A stretch of DNA of 62,984 nucleotides, counting the filler, from Choristocarpus tenellus KU-1152 (lineage: Eukaryota > Protista > Phaeophyceae), in assembly GCA_964200185.2 (NCBI GenBank). It is 9 parts of 9 records of this genome, joined end to end, with 100 filler letters (N's around TTAATTAATTAA, not from the genome) between each part and the next. Parts side by side here need not be neighbours in the genome. Positions count along the whole stretch, not along the records: positions 8,433 to 15,790 come from CAXNAD020006275.1; positions 15,891 to 29,390 come from CAXNAD020001471.1; 7 more parts are not named here. One strand, 5' to 3'. Under the pieces are notes generated by a model. That model made no database searches. It was not told the origin of the DNA and saw only the letters and a program-made list of their open reading frames with translations. Below are positions 12,588 to 25,697 of the stretch, piece by piece. Position 1 is the stretch's first letter. The number at the start of each line of letters is the position of its first letter. A program made the position numbers and the translations under genes.

Positions 12588-13519
12588 CATAACCCAAAGG
12601 CATGACGCACAGTGTAACCTCAATCTTTCAACCAGTCACTATCGAGGCGTGAGGACTAGACTCCTAATAACCTACTTCACTTAACACAACAAAAACGTTC
12701 AACCTACACTCTAGCCCCACACCCTCCATGCAACCCCCCTCCACCTCCTGGTATAACATGTTGATCCCCAGAGCAAAGGCTCAACAGATGACAACCACAA
12801 GACAGTTCTCCCAAGTTAAGCGCAACATCAATAAGAGGGAATAAAGTAGCGGACAATGAGCTTGACAAGGGCAGGTGGAGAAACGGAGAGTGGAAGGCAC
12901 AAAGCGCATCCCATCTTCTCAGCCTAGGTAGGTACCATCTGGTCTCCTGGCAAACATAGCCCCAACCATCATGCCAGAGCTACGTAGTAGAAAGGTTACT
13001 ACAAAAGGAAAGATGGTGCACCATCAGTAAAGTCTCTATTAAACTCTCAGAAATCCATACTGAGCCTCTTTGATGGAGAAATGACTCCTCCCACCACCCA
13101 CCCCCATTAACTGAACGTTGGTGGGATGGGATGGTCGAGAGGGAAAGGCACTGCTACACACCACACTGATGAAACTGCTCTATGCACTGATCCGTAAGAG
13201 CTTCCTACACTACACAAGCCCCAAGGTCACACATGACTACACAGAACGAGCAAGACACACCAAAAACTTCCCAATTCTTGGCAGCAACAACAGTAGTGCA
13301 CATGAAATGCATGTCACTATTGCATCAATATCAATGCTCCACGCAAGTACATTCATGTTTCGACATATGATTTCCCTCAGCTCCTTGCTCCGCACAGCAA
13401 TTCCCCTCCCTGCTCACCCCCAGAAGTTACCTTGCAAAGCTTGTTGTTATCAAAGGCAGAACAACTGGGATGACTCTCCACAAGCAACTAAGGCATGCTA
13501 CATGTCACTACGCCTGAAA

Positions 13520-15591
13520 TCATGGATTGTCCTCTGTCTGGTGCACCATATCATCCACACGGGCCTTGATGTACCCAAACTCTTGCGGTATCTCCACCTG
13601 TGTCTATTGAAAAAAAAAAATGCAAAAAAGGAATTAAGGAGGAGAGGAACCACCAGGTGAGAGAAGTATCTATAAAAAAAGTATAAGGCTCTTCTGGATA
13701 TAGCTCAAGTATCACAATCAGCTGTAGGCAAGGAGGCTTGACTCTTAAGGACAAAAAGGCGCACGTCTGTGACAGCAGATGTGAGGAGGAGTTCTTTCCT
13801 GCAGGGAGACATTCAAAGATAACTTTAGGCAAGGGGCATCAGGTGCCAATCAACCTTAGCACAATATGAGCATGAGAACAACTGCAATAGTAGGGGTCAG
13901 TGGAAGGTAGAGGGGAGAGGGAGGGAGAGGCGCTGCAGACAAGCATAATGGCCATTTGGGATAAGAGGGGAGTGAATGGGGTGGAAACACCAATTGTTCA
14001 ATAACCAACTCTATGACTTTCAGCTTCAGAGAATCTGCTCATGTTGACATCACTAACTTCATGTCCCATGATCAATTCATCATTGACAACGTGGATAACC
14101 TCCTCATATCCACTTTGATGTCCATCTCACTCCAACTCATTGCTGGTTTTCCTCCAGCCCACTCGTCTGAATCTTACTTTCCACAAACAAAATTTGAAAG
14201 GTTCATATCGGACACTTTCCCACCTGCCTTACCACCTACAAGAATAGCTTCAACACCACTTGCCCATACTCAATTGCCTGTCCCAAGGTCCTTGGAAGGG
14301 TATATACACCCCCCACCACATTGACGGTCCTACATATCTTGTATTCCACTTATTATCTTCTTTAGTCAAGATGAAGCTAGCTTTCCCACGCCTACATAAA
14401 ATCTTCAACACAATATACTACCATATTCCCTCAACGGAGATCCCCCTCCCCCCCCAACAGAAACGAAATGCTCAACCATTATTTTTTGGGGGGGATGTCA
14501 AAATGCATACACTTACACACAAGAGCACAAAATGAGAAAAACACAGTGCAACAAAAACATCAAGACACTTCAAATTAAAAAAAACACAAACAAAAAAGAA
14601 AAGAAATTTGAAACACAACCTATCACATTCACATACTGGAACAACCCTTCTAGCTCAGCCTACCAGCTCTCTGCCCAAGGAATGCCCCAGGTTAAACCCT
14701 CACGGTCAAGGTCAGATCAGCTTTACAAACAGGTAGGGTTTTGGTTTAGTCCAGGGTACATTATGACAAAGAATAGACATCTCGAAGGCATCTATACATG
14801 GAATGTATAGTACAGTTCCGGGTACATGTTTAGCAATAGACCCGCTTCACCAACCTCTCATTCCTTACCGAGAACTAGAAAGTTCCAGGAACAGTCAGCG
14901 GCCCACCGTGCTATATATATATATATATGCTTCTATTTTTAATAACGCTGGGTCAGATCTTTTCAAGTTAATTTTTTTTCAATAGGCCATGTGACAAAAG
15001 GTACATCGGGTCAGTACACAACATGAACCCTCTTTTGCCTCTCGCTTAAACAAAACTAAAAAAAAACAGAAAAGGTAGAAAAAGTGAACTGAGGTGGCAA
15101 GGCATGCACAGAACAGTAAAAAATTAGTGACACTAATAGTTGCAGGAACAAAAGGTTCTTCAGTTAATGACAAGCACAGCAATCACATTAAGTAGTGGTA
15201 ACACTAGTAACACTGGTGCAGTGTGCACCAACAGTGCCTCCAACCACGGCTTGAGTTTAAGTAGGGTAGACCTAGGTTCCTAGTAGCAGACAGAATAGCA
15301 GGTAACGACATAATAAAATCCATGAGCAGTTACACAACAGTTACACAACAGTTACACACAAAAACTACTCACCGGGTACTGTGAGCCACTTGGCGCATCA
15401 GCCGAGCCCTCAATCGGATCAAACTCAAAGAACATTGGCTCGGAGCTGGTCACCCTATGAGTGTAGGCCATGGGATCATCCAAGGTCAGACCACTACCCT
15501 TCGCATCCCCCCCAAACGGCTTGGGCAATAGAACATGGAAAGAGACTCCCACTGGCTTACGACTGGAATTGGGAATGTATGCGCCCTGGGC
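13520..15591 (-). CDS. Last two exons of an unidentified protein (partial)
   Basis: Exon 15591-15373 (AQGAYIPNSSRKPVGVSFHVLLPKPFGGDAKGSGLTLDDPMAYTHRVTSSEPMFFEFDPIEGSADAPSGSQYP; cag acceptor, gtgagt donor) joins in phase 0 to 13597-13520 (VEIPQEFGYIKARVDDMVHQTEDNP*), which follows a T-rich acceptor. Confidence 0.6.
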
Positions 15592-15790
15592 CTGCCCAGC
15601 AACAAAACGATCCAGGCAGGAGATGTACCAAGGTCAAAGGGGTCACAATAAGAACGAAGATGGAGGGTGCCACAAAGAAAAGGACCAACAGCTGAGATAC
15701 CCTACCAGTATACTAGGGTTCCACAAGGTGGGGGAAGGCGGTGTGTGGGGTGTGGCGGTGTGATGTGGGGTGAGGGAGGGGTCGGGGGGG

Positions 15791-15890
15791 NNNNNNNNNN
15801 NNNNNNNNNNNNNNNNNNNNNNNNNNNNNNNNNNTTAATTAATTAANNNNNNNNNNNNNNNNNNNNNNNNNNNNNNNNNNNNNNNNNNNN
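15791..15890. other. Artificial contig linker
   Basis: 44 N + TTAATTAATTAA + 44 N. Confidence 0.99.
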
Positions 15891-15930
<40 letters not shown>

Positions 15931-17865
15931 GGGGGCTCAAAAGGGAGGGAGAACAAGGGGGGTAGGATCCTCTACCAGACAACAGCCTCTCTAGAACGAT
16001 AAAGAGCATCAGGAACCCTCTCACACAAAGAGATGTAAGTGCTCAAAGCATGCCACAGAAAAAGTCACCGGAAGGAGAATTCTTCACCTCCGACAAAAGG
16101 AGATCCCTGTTCCCATTTTCTCGTGACTCTAAAGAGGAGAAAATTCTAGCAGAACAAGAAAAAATATTTTCAGAACGATTTAACGCACAAAAAAAAAAAC
16201 TCTTGAGAAACATTCCAGGAACGGTAGCGATGACAATAAAAGACAATTTTTTATCGAAATCAGAAGGGCTGGTTGGGATGGAACTGCATTCCTTTCCTCC
16301 TCGGTAGGCGGTATTATGTCCCCTGTCGCCAACAACAATCGAGAAGGCCAGTTCCATTCGAACCCTTCCAAATTTGACATGGTCATCGCCTTACGATCCA
16401 TGATCACTGGGACTCTTTCCCCATTAAGAAAAAGAGGCCCCTGAATTGTGTACGCAGACCTCCTGTTTCGGGCGAGGTGTAGCACCTTTCAGGTTTCTTC
16501 CACGTGCGTTCTAGGCGCACGATTATGGGGATCTGCGAACAAAATCGCTGAGCCCTAACCCCTATAACATTGTACACGCGTGATGACCAGTCCTGACAAC
16601 AACAGCAACAACAACAACAACAAATAAGGTGGGAACTTTTTTTTTCTTCCTCCCCCCCCCCCCCCCGGGGCCCCACGGGCACTAACCCCCAACCAAAACG
16701 ACGACCACAAAAAAAAAAAAAAACAAAAAAAAAAAANNNNNNNNCACCCCCCCCCCCCCGGTGCCACAGTGGGTCTTTATCCCATCTGAAAAGTCGCTCA
16801 CCATACATACATACAACACAAAAAAAGAAGAGGGAAAAAGAATAAGAAAAAGAGACGGTGAGAAAAGCAGAACCGAGACGAGAGCGGTGTCCATGTGCTT
16901 GTGCATGTGCATATGCACATGCATGTGCCCTGATCCACCCGGGCTGCTTTAGTGTAATGTACGTGTCAGCTACCACAGCACCTCCCCCTGGAATAAACTA
17001 GCCGAGTGGCCTATACTTTTCATGCCCTACATCACGCACGCACGACCGGCGGGATGAGCTGCGCAATCTCTTCAAACCTTTTTTTTCTAATATAGTATTG
17101 TATTGTATAGTATCGTATAGTATAGTATCGTATAGTATAGTATCGATAATCACCATTCGGGGATGCCGGCATTCGTCCACGCCCCAATCAACGGAAATAG
17201 AAAAAAAAAGAAGGGTAAATATCCCTCGCGGATACGATTGCCTTGCTTTGCAATCAATCAGTACCCTTGATGACCGATTCTTCATTAGCAGGTTCTGGAG
17301 CTGTTTGCCTCTCCTCATTGGTATACCATTTCCATGGGAGGCCCATCTGGACGTGAGCCCAGAAAGTGGGATTTGTAGGCAAGCATCCTGACAAAAAGTT
17401 GGGCTGTGCCAGGCGGGGCCTGTGCCTGCCTGCTCAAGCCTTGGAGATTGATCCAATCGTACATGTGGAGCCTTGGGGTTTGCGGGTGTGGGTAACTTTG
17501 ATCCTCAAAATAGCCTACAGGAAATTCTTAGCTAATAGTGATGGTATCACAGGCCAGGAGCCCTGCCAGACAGCATAAAAAATAAAAAATAAACACTTCT
17601 GGGTCAACGATCCTGACAATAACGTATATATATATAACCTAAAACTTGGTGGACTAAGGAAAGAAGGGGATGTCTGATTAAAGTTACATGTGTGCACCGG
17701 TTTGCATCTGTTAGTACTGATTGCTACGAACACGAACATATTTATTTGTGTTGGCATGCTGAAGAAAAGTGGCACAAGATGAGATGCCCTTGAAATCGTC
17801 AGGAGAGGAACTTGATCATAAAGCAAAAAAAAATCCCCAAGACAGGATGCTCCATGTGCTCTCAC

Positions 17866-20061
17866 CCATCTAGATCCTGATTACAGTCAGAGCCAATCCT
17901 TCTTGGTAAGTCCATGGTTGCCAAGAAATCCGGTGCTGAGGAAGGATCCTCAAGAGCCACCGCACTAGACCCAGCCCCTGCCCTACCCACTAGCCCCTTC
18001 CCAGCCTCCACAAGACGCCTGACTTCGCTATCCACCCCCATCTGAGATATGTCGTGACATAAAGGAATATGAGTTGTCAGCAGGGAGGGAGGGGGGGGAG
18101 GTAGTTTTCTCTTTTACAAAAAAAAGGGGGAGTAATTTCTGTCTCCAGTGCACATCTGCTCCAAACTACTACCAATTTTCTTTGTCGTATCAACAGTACC
18201 CTATGCACAAACCCCAAGGAAAGAAGGACCCCTCCATCCAAGCACGTCCATCAAACTATGTATGGTTTCGATGATACTGCCACGTATCCACTGTATTGCA
18301 TTGGTGAACTTCCTATGGAAACAGTCCACTTGCTAAGGCATGTGTGAAGTATTTTGTAGTCCAGAACGTTTCCTACACAATTCAACACGTGGACAGTTTT
18401 CATTGGAGGTTGACCAATGCACCTGACTGTTTCTACTAGATTCTTCCGTGGTTTGTTGCTCAAAGGTTGTGAAGTTAGTGAATATGAAGATGTGCAGTCA
18501 TAATACTTGATATGTATGCCCCAATTCCAAGTGCTCGGTCCTCAAATCCATCCTCATCTCATCAATCTCGTCCTCAACCCCTCCTCTTACCTCCAAAGAC
18601 CTGACACTGCAACACTGACCTCTAGTAGATAGTTGGACGTGCCCACCACCTTGAATAGCGCTGCTCGACGAGCATTGAAAACCTTGGAGAAGTGTCCCAC
18701 GCGAGGGAGGGGGGGAGTTCAGGACACCACTGATTTGAAATACGAGGAAGGTGTACGAAACAAGGGGTGTGGGGTGGTGGGAGGGAGGGGTCTTGAGCTC
18801 TCCTTACTGAATACAAGGGTAAACTCGGGCACTCAATCAAGAAACTCTGCATTGAACAAAAAGCCAGGAGTAGTGGACGAATTGGCATAAACAGGGTATG
18901 AAGTTTTTTCAATCGACACATAGATTGACCTTAGAAGCCCCAGTGATGATAGCTGTAGCACACAGCTCTGGCCTCCCCAGCTCACACATGCCTTGCAGCA
19001 CTGCCACAAGAGGATCATCCACAACTATGAGGTCTCTGTGTTGATTCCCTGCCCCTGTCCCTGTCCCTTCCATCCGAACCTGTCCAACAGCTGATGCTGG
19101 GGCAATTGTTTCGGCCCCCACTTCCTGTTCCGCCCCTTCACTTCCACCATTGTTTCCACAGTGGTAAGGGACATTGGGAGGTTTCTGTTTGCCTTGTTTC
19201 ACTTCTCCGATAATGCCATGCTCGTCCGCTACATTCATCGCATCGTCGTAGCACTCCTACCATTGAGAGATTTGGTGAAACTCGATCAGGGCTGTCTGTA
19301 TTGCGAGGTTGAAACTTCTATCAAGGGGGAGGGTCGACCGGATACCTAGATGGATATTTCAGTCGATGTAATTACATCGAATCGTAATCGTTACCACATT
19401 GAAGTGAGATGAGGGTAGAGAGTGGCATGGGACAAGAGGATAGATCTGGCAACTCAGTTGACTGGGAGCTTTACGAGAATATTTTTTAACATGGAGGGCT
19501 TGAAAAAATATGCTGCAAAATTTGCGACCCAAGTGGAAGGCATTCACTAACTAGCATACATACAAGTTGAACATGAGAATGATACTTTCTTTAATCTGGA
19601 AACGATACTTGTAAAATGTTTACCAGGGCGTTCAATGCACACGTTGCTGGCTGTCCTATCCTCTTCTGTAACTTACCTTCAGATATTTGGAGATAGAAGA
19701 AGGATCATACGCCGCACCGTTGCCCCCATTCATTTCTATTTTCTCGGTGAGGAGATCGCGGCAAAAAACCATTGGGTCCTCGGGGCGATGCAGAATGCAC
19801 CTGAAGGCGATATTGGTCGGTACAGCAAGGCAAGGGCAAGGCGAGGATGGCAGGGCAGGGAGTCAAAGATTGATAGGGAGGTTTGAATTCCCCTATGTGT
19901 AGGTAACTGTGCAAAGGGAGTCAGGCTCTCAGCGTAGGGGTCGTCAAGCAATCTTCAAGGAGATGATCAAAATCATGCACATACCTGGCTGTAAGCCATT
20001 CCATCAACGTTTTGAAGTTCGAGCGCTGCAAATAAGCTGCTGACACCTCTGGACTAGCCAT
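17866..20061 (-). CDS. RIIa/Dpy-30-type dimerisation-docking domain + GAF domain protein (3' end uncertain)
   Basis: Phase-consistent GT-AG exons 20061-19985, 19800-19677, 19256-18930, 18682-18620 and 18041-17866. The N-terminus YLQRSNFKTLMEWLTARCILHRPEDPMVFCRDLL fits the D/D fold pattern. AIITGASKVFNARRAALFKVV and GKGLVGRAGAGSSAVALEDPSSAPDFLATMD fit GAF elements. Confidence 0.75.
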
Positions 20062-20393
20062 GTATTCTCCAAAAGTGATTTCTCCACAAGGCAGACTGTA
20101 AGTGGGAAGTGGGATGAAGGTGACCTCTTTGTTGATGGAAGTGTCAACAACCGTTTCACACATCACACAACATACCAACCATCACGTCACACCATCATCC
20201 ACATCAATAATATTTCTATCTTACATTTTAAAAAGTAAAATGTTGTACTTGGTAAAAGTAACGTTCCCAAAACACAAACTTAACGTTCAATGCTAGTAAT
20301 ACAGTAGGGATAAACGAAAAGTTCCCCATCTTGAACAAAGGATCTCACAACAAACGCAAGTTGTTTCAACGAATATATCACATCGGACACAGG

Positions 20394-20572
20394 TATAGGT
20401 AGATTGGAGACACAGGAAGGCAGTAGTACAACATACATAGTGGTGAAAACAAATGGATTAGGGTTTTTCACATTTATGACATTTTATTTCTTTAGAGTTT
20501 ATATTGACAATGTGTATAGTTTTCATTGTTGCCCCCCGACACATCTCCAAAATGTCAGAGGGAATAATGATA
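20394..20572 (+). mobile_element. 5'-truncated copy (3' UTR) of the CRE-like retroelement
   Basis: Colinear with the reverse complement of 7914-8092; ends AAAATGTCAGAGGGAATAATGATAA. Confidence 0.75.
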
Positions 20573-23176
20573 AGTATATATCACATAACAGTAACTATGA
20601 TTCTTGAGTGTCTGCTATTGAGGACTTGCCTTCTCTACCACCCTTCACCACTATTACGATATATCGATTTTATGGATATCGGTAATATTTTTAATACCGA
20701 TAGTTGATTTATACAACATTACACCCTGAAAACACCAGGAAATTATTGCTGCCTTGTGACTTTGAAGGTTGTAGGCTCACAGTTTGCAAGTTTATGGTTG
20801 GTTACTTGCCATGATGTCTGATGTTGATGTGGAAATTCGACTTGGTGGAGTGGATCGCAATACACAAACGTAAAAAGCGAAATATGTGGAGGGTTTTCCA
20901 CAAATATGGGAAGGTATTCCCAGGGGGTCGAGGCTAATGAATACACTTTTGTCTGCACACCAAGAGGCGGTCGAGAAATCTCGAGCGCGACCCGTCACCA
21001 GACATCTTTGAGGCTCAAGAGAGATTATCGAAATGTTGGACAGCATACTCCAGTAAGGAAGTAAATATGGCTTTGATCACTGTCCTGGACAACAGAGTTA
21101 TACACGGACAAAAATGGACCAGAGTGTATGCTGGACAACAGGTATTGTTACGAAGCAAATAGGCTCAAGCACTTCCCTTACAACGAACGCTCTTCCAAAT
21201 CAACAATGGTGCAGATAGTATAGGTGTGTGTTGAGAATGGAGGAAAACACTTGGACTCGTGGTAATATTTGTATTATTATTGTGGTAGCCGCCTTCTGAA
21301 TAAGGTATACCTTAAAGTGCCCTTCCTTCAAAGATATACCTCAAGATCTATTGCCTCATATGGCATCAACATATGCTTTTGCTAGTTGAAGTAAACACTG
21401 GCTTGTTGATTTGAATATCAGGTGGTTTGAGTGGACCTTACAAACCCCCTTATTCACACTTTTGCCTGTTCACTCCTCCCTGAGTGACCTTCTGAGGGAT
21501 TAATCACCCCCCCCGCCTTGTCTCTCTCCATTCCCTTCCTCCTGTGGGTCTTCCCACTCCCCTTCAGTCTGAAGAACCTCTCTGTCTGTTTCCATCTGTT
21601 TCACATCATGAAACTATTATATATTTTTTCGATTGTTACAAATTCACTCTGAAGTATTTCAGTATTATATCGCAACCTAACTACAGTCTGGGAACCATCC
21701 TGACCTGTAGTTGGGAGCACAACACACTATTACACAACCTTTCCTACTAAAATGTTGTACTTACCACCGCAACTACTAACTTTGCACCACAATCAGTTGT
21801 GCTACCTCTGTTCGTGCCTTGTTTTTCGCACATGGCTTCAGTCATCCCACTGCTTGTCACTCAGCCTCCTCTCTCAGATCCTGTCTGTTGGACTTGCCTT
21901 GGCGTGAGATGACAATAAAGTCATGCCACCTCGTTCCTGTTTTCGGCATTTTCTGTAGCACAGTGATAGAATAAAAGAAAGGTGCACAATCTGTAGTAGT
22001 GGTGCTTGCCACATGGACTTTGGATAATTGAATCCTAAGAAGTCCGGTGTCAATGAGGTTCAAACCCACGAAATCCATGCAGGGAACAGTCTCCTTCACC
22101 TCTGAGTCACGAGGACGACCAGATAGATACCCCCGCATGCTAAGCAGGAGGCTGACTCACTCACAGTTTGCCATGCATCAGTGGCTGCAGTAACCATACA
22201 CACATGGCAACAGCAACTTACCACCTGCGACGCTTTGGGCTAAATTCGTTTGGTGTCTGCATAGTGTTTTATTCTCTCTTCTTCCTCCAATGTTTGCGAC
22301 GTGTACCTTTGCTTTTTTGTTTTTCTGATTTTCTTTTGTTCTACTGCCTTTATATTTTAATACTGCAGCCTCTTTTTGACCACCATGTCCAAGGATGTTG
22401 TATGTTACTCTTACTTCCACTACCACACCTCCCAAAATATTCAAGCATCATTGCACCATGCAAACTAATGTGCACTGATCTGTCAATGAGAAATCATTAG
22501 TAAAACAGAATACACACATTCATGTGCTGGGTAACAGATACTATGTGTAAGCCCTGTGATCGTCACTGAATGATACAGAGCAAGCAATCTCCTACGCTGT
22601 ATGTACAACCTATGCCATTGAGCAACTGAACCCTAAACGTTGTCCTCACATAAAAACTGATGCAGCTTCAAAGCATAATATATAAAGTAGAGCAAAATGC
22701 CTCAAATGTCAAAACAAACATTACAGGTCGAATTTGGTCAAGTATCAAAGGGTAGCAGTGTTAGAGCAGCATATTATGTTACCTGAGGTGTGGAAATAAG
22801 CTGCCTTCAAAGCTCAAATTTCAGAATAAAAATTGACTACATGAATTGCTCCCTTCGAAGTGGCTAATCCACTGGGGCAAGCACACATACGACAGAGAGC
22901 TGAGACGCACTCATGAGAATTGAGCATGTGACCCATCCATAGAGCACAACAGGCAGAAAACACATCTCAGTGACATCCAACAGATCAGTGGCAGGCGTTA
23001 TGAGTAGAGGTTTGGAAGAGATGAAATCGCGGAAAGTCCAGGTATCAAGAGAGTTGAGTGAGAGGAAGAGGAGGGTGCTGCAACATGGTAAGGGAGGAGT
23101 ACTTGAGTCAATAACTGAGAGCATAGCAGTGGCGAGGATGCAAAGCGAGCAATATAGCACTATCATTTGAACCCAC

Positions 23177-24775
23177 AATTTGCCAAAGCGATTTGTTCGG
23201 GCTTGCTTCTTGAAGTTCCAGCCCACCCGAGAGGAAACGGCTTAGGACAACTTGGACAAAAATTGTCGAAGGAACAAGACACTCAATCGGTACACTAAGA
23301 CACTCCAGAGTGTGTCTTGGTACTCAAATACCTTACCAACAATTGGGTCGTAACCAAGAGCAACAATATCACCCGACAATGTTCGTGTCTTACCATTCAA
23401 TCATATCGTCTCCTCACGATCAAAGACCGTCAAATACTCACACACACAAAAACGCATCCGCATTTGGCAACACATCCTACGGCCCACAGTCCCATTATAT
23501 TCTTAACCATTGGAACTTGCTCGAAAAAAACACACAAGTGTGCAAATGGTGAATGGACCATGGCACTGGCAAGGTTGATTGTCATGGTCTGCACGGTCTT
23601 TAAAAGATGTTCAAGTCTTGTAGACTCACATGAAGAGCCCAGATGAGGGCAATCGAGAAAAGCCTCCACCAGCAACACTTCATTCCCATTGAATTAGAAA
23701 AATAGTTTTGTGGTCTCTTGCACCTATCCTCGCACAACAAAAAGGATGGCCACAAGCCTATTACACAACTGCACCTGTGATGTGCATTACTGTTGACTAA
23801 AATAGGGCAGAAAAGACATGTTCCACGAGGTGTCAATCACAGGCCACCCATGTGAGAGGAAGTGAGGGAAATCATTCAGGCCATAGGAAATGCAATCGCC
23901 ACAGAGCTTTAACAAAACCTCGAGGAGGAAAAAAGATCAGGAAGAGATTGCTGTGTTATGAACAACAGCAGCGAACAGGCAAACTAGTCGGATTAGTACC
24001 GTGAGTGCAATTACCACGGGTGTATTTAAACCCCACCTTTATTGGCCTCATCTTTCACATCATTCTCACCATCTCCATCCTCTTCTGTAGGTGGTCGCTC
24101 TACCTCTTCTTCCTCCTCCTCCCCGTCCTCCTTACTCTCTGATGCTTTCTTGTTTTTGTCGATGGTATCCATTAACTTGTCCAAGTTCATCATCCCACCC
24201 AAGCCACCCTGGTTCTGGTTTACAACGAGGCCACTAAACTGTTGCACCAAATTAATACGGGAAGGAGAGAGTGGGGTCCCTAGTTGTTAGCCTTGGTCAT
24301 GCACAGGTGCACAGGCATTTATTCCTGCTCGAACTGAAACAGTCGGTTGAAGAAGGACTGCAAGGAGAATGCAACCACGACATTGGGGCGCTCAGGTCCC
24401 TACCATCTCACGTTAGCTCATGCTGAATGAGGCAAAGATCACCCACCGGGGAAAGAAGTTTTTCGTCGAATCTTGATGGAGGGATACAGTAAAAGAACGT
24501 ACGCACTAGCATAATAGGTTCAATGCACGAGTAGTGTAAAAGTTTGGCAGTATGGACGGTAGTACCTGCTTCTCCATCTCGTACGTCTTCTTTATGCCAT
24601 CCAAGACCGGCACCTGGCATGGCCGTGAGTTTTGCCAAGGACGAGCAAGCCCAGTTCCCGATCCTTTTGTCAAACCCACTACAAAGCCTGCGACTTCTGG
24701 TGCGCTCCAGATAATCATACCCAGGATGGCAAGTAGGACCATCCTCAGTAACCATGGGGTCTTCAGCATTGCCAT
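23177..24775 (-). CDS. Plastid-targeted protein with acidic linker, function unknown (5' exons; 3' end unresolved)
   Basis: Phase-consistent exons 24775-24566, 24238-24037, 23677-23630 and 23250-23177. MAMLKTPWLLRMVLLAILGMIIWSAPEVAG-FVV is a signal peptide with Phe at +1 (ASAFAP-type), followed by a basic/hydroxylated transit-like stretch. Confidence 0.6.
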
Positions 24776-25697
24776 GTTCACCGTGCCTGCACCAGGGTTG
24801 GTGGCGAGTTCGTGTTCTTAAGCTCGAGTGAAGTTTCGAAAAAAATTCACCACATGACCCTTTCACCTACTTGAATCCATGACATAGAACATGCAAGAGT
24901 GTTGAAATTATCAATTTCAACTCAACATGATCCCAAAAACTCCCTTGTCAGAACCTGTATGTAGGTCGGCTGGTATTCTTTGCACTCAATCCTTGCACAC
25001 GCTGTCTTGTGTTAAACATTCCTCGACATATCCAACCCTTATAAACGATGAGGCCAATCTCATCTACACTGTCTGTATCGAGAAGCACACCCTTGTCATA
25101 GCCATCTTTCCCCGACGCCATGTTGAAGTATTTGACGGCTATTTTCTCCCTCCTTGCAAGTATCTATACGACATGGTAGCTCTTCTACTGCACAACATAC
25201 ATTCAATATAAAAGCATGACACCTATATCCATAGATATCAAGTCTCCCTCTTCCAGTCTCACCTAATAACCTTGCACTTTATCCTCACCTTGCCTCGTTT
25301 TATGAAAGTAGTGTTGGAATAGAGGAATAGAGGAACTTGTCGTGATTCAATCCTCCACCAGAGGTGGAAATCAATTTTTCATATTCCACAACCTTGCAAC
25401 CTTCCCATAACTGCAACAAGAGTACTACTACTGTCTGTCTTGTGCTGTGACCTCCTTGCGCCAAAGGGTGCATGCCTCAAGTCGAGGGAAGGTGACACCG
25501 TGCTGCGGATGTGGGCAAGATTGGTGGTGTAATAACCTGGCCACCTTGAGTAAAGAAAACTTGAAGGGAAAGTGTGCCTTCAAGAGGTCTAGGTTTTGCC
25601 TATTGGACGCCGACTCTCTTCAGGAAAGCTGTCAGTGTCGCGCCCTCTCTATAACGACGTGCCTCAGGAGAAGGACGAAATCATTTGCGGAATTGCC

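Noticed and set aside
14013-14430. Gypsy integrase remnant (RYVGP on the minus strand)
   Set aside because: A single short motif amid many stops; insufficient evidence.
15891-15929. Long poly-G as a G-quadruplex element
   Set aside because: At a contig edge; homopolymer length is unreliable.
16043-16592. Overlapping ORFs as further exons of the GAF gene
   Set aside because: No phase-compatible stop-free acceptor and no recognisable motif.
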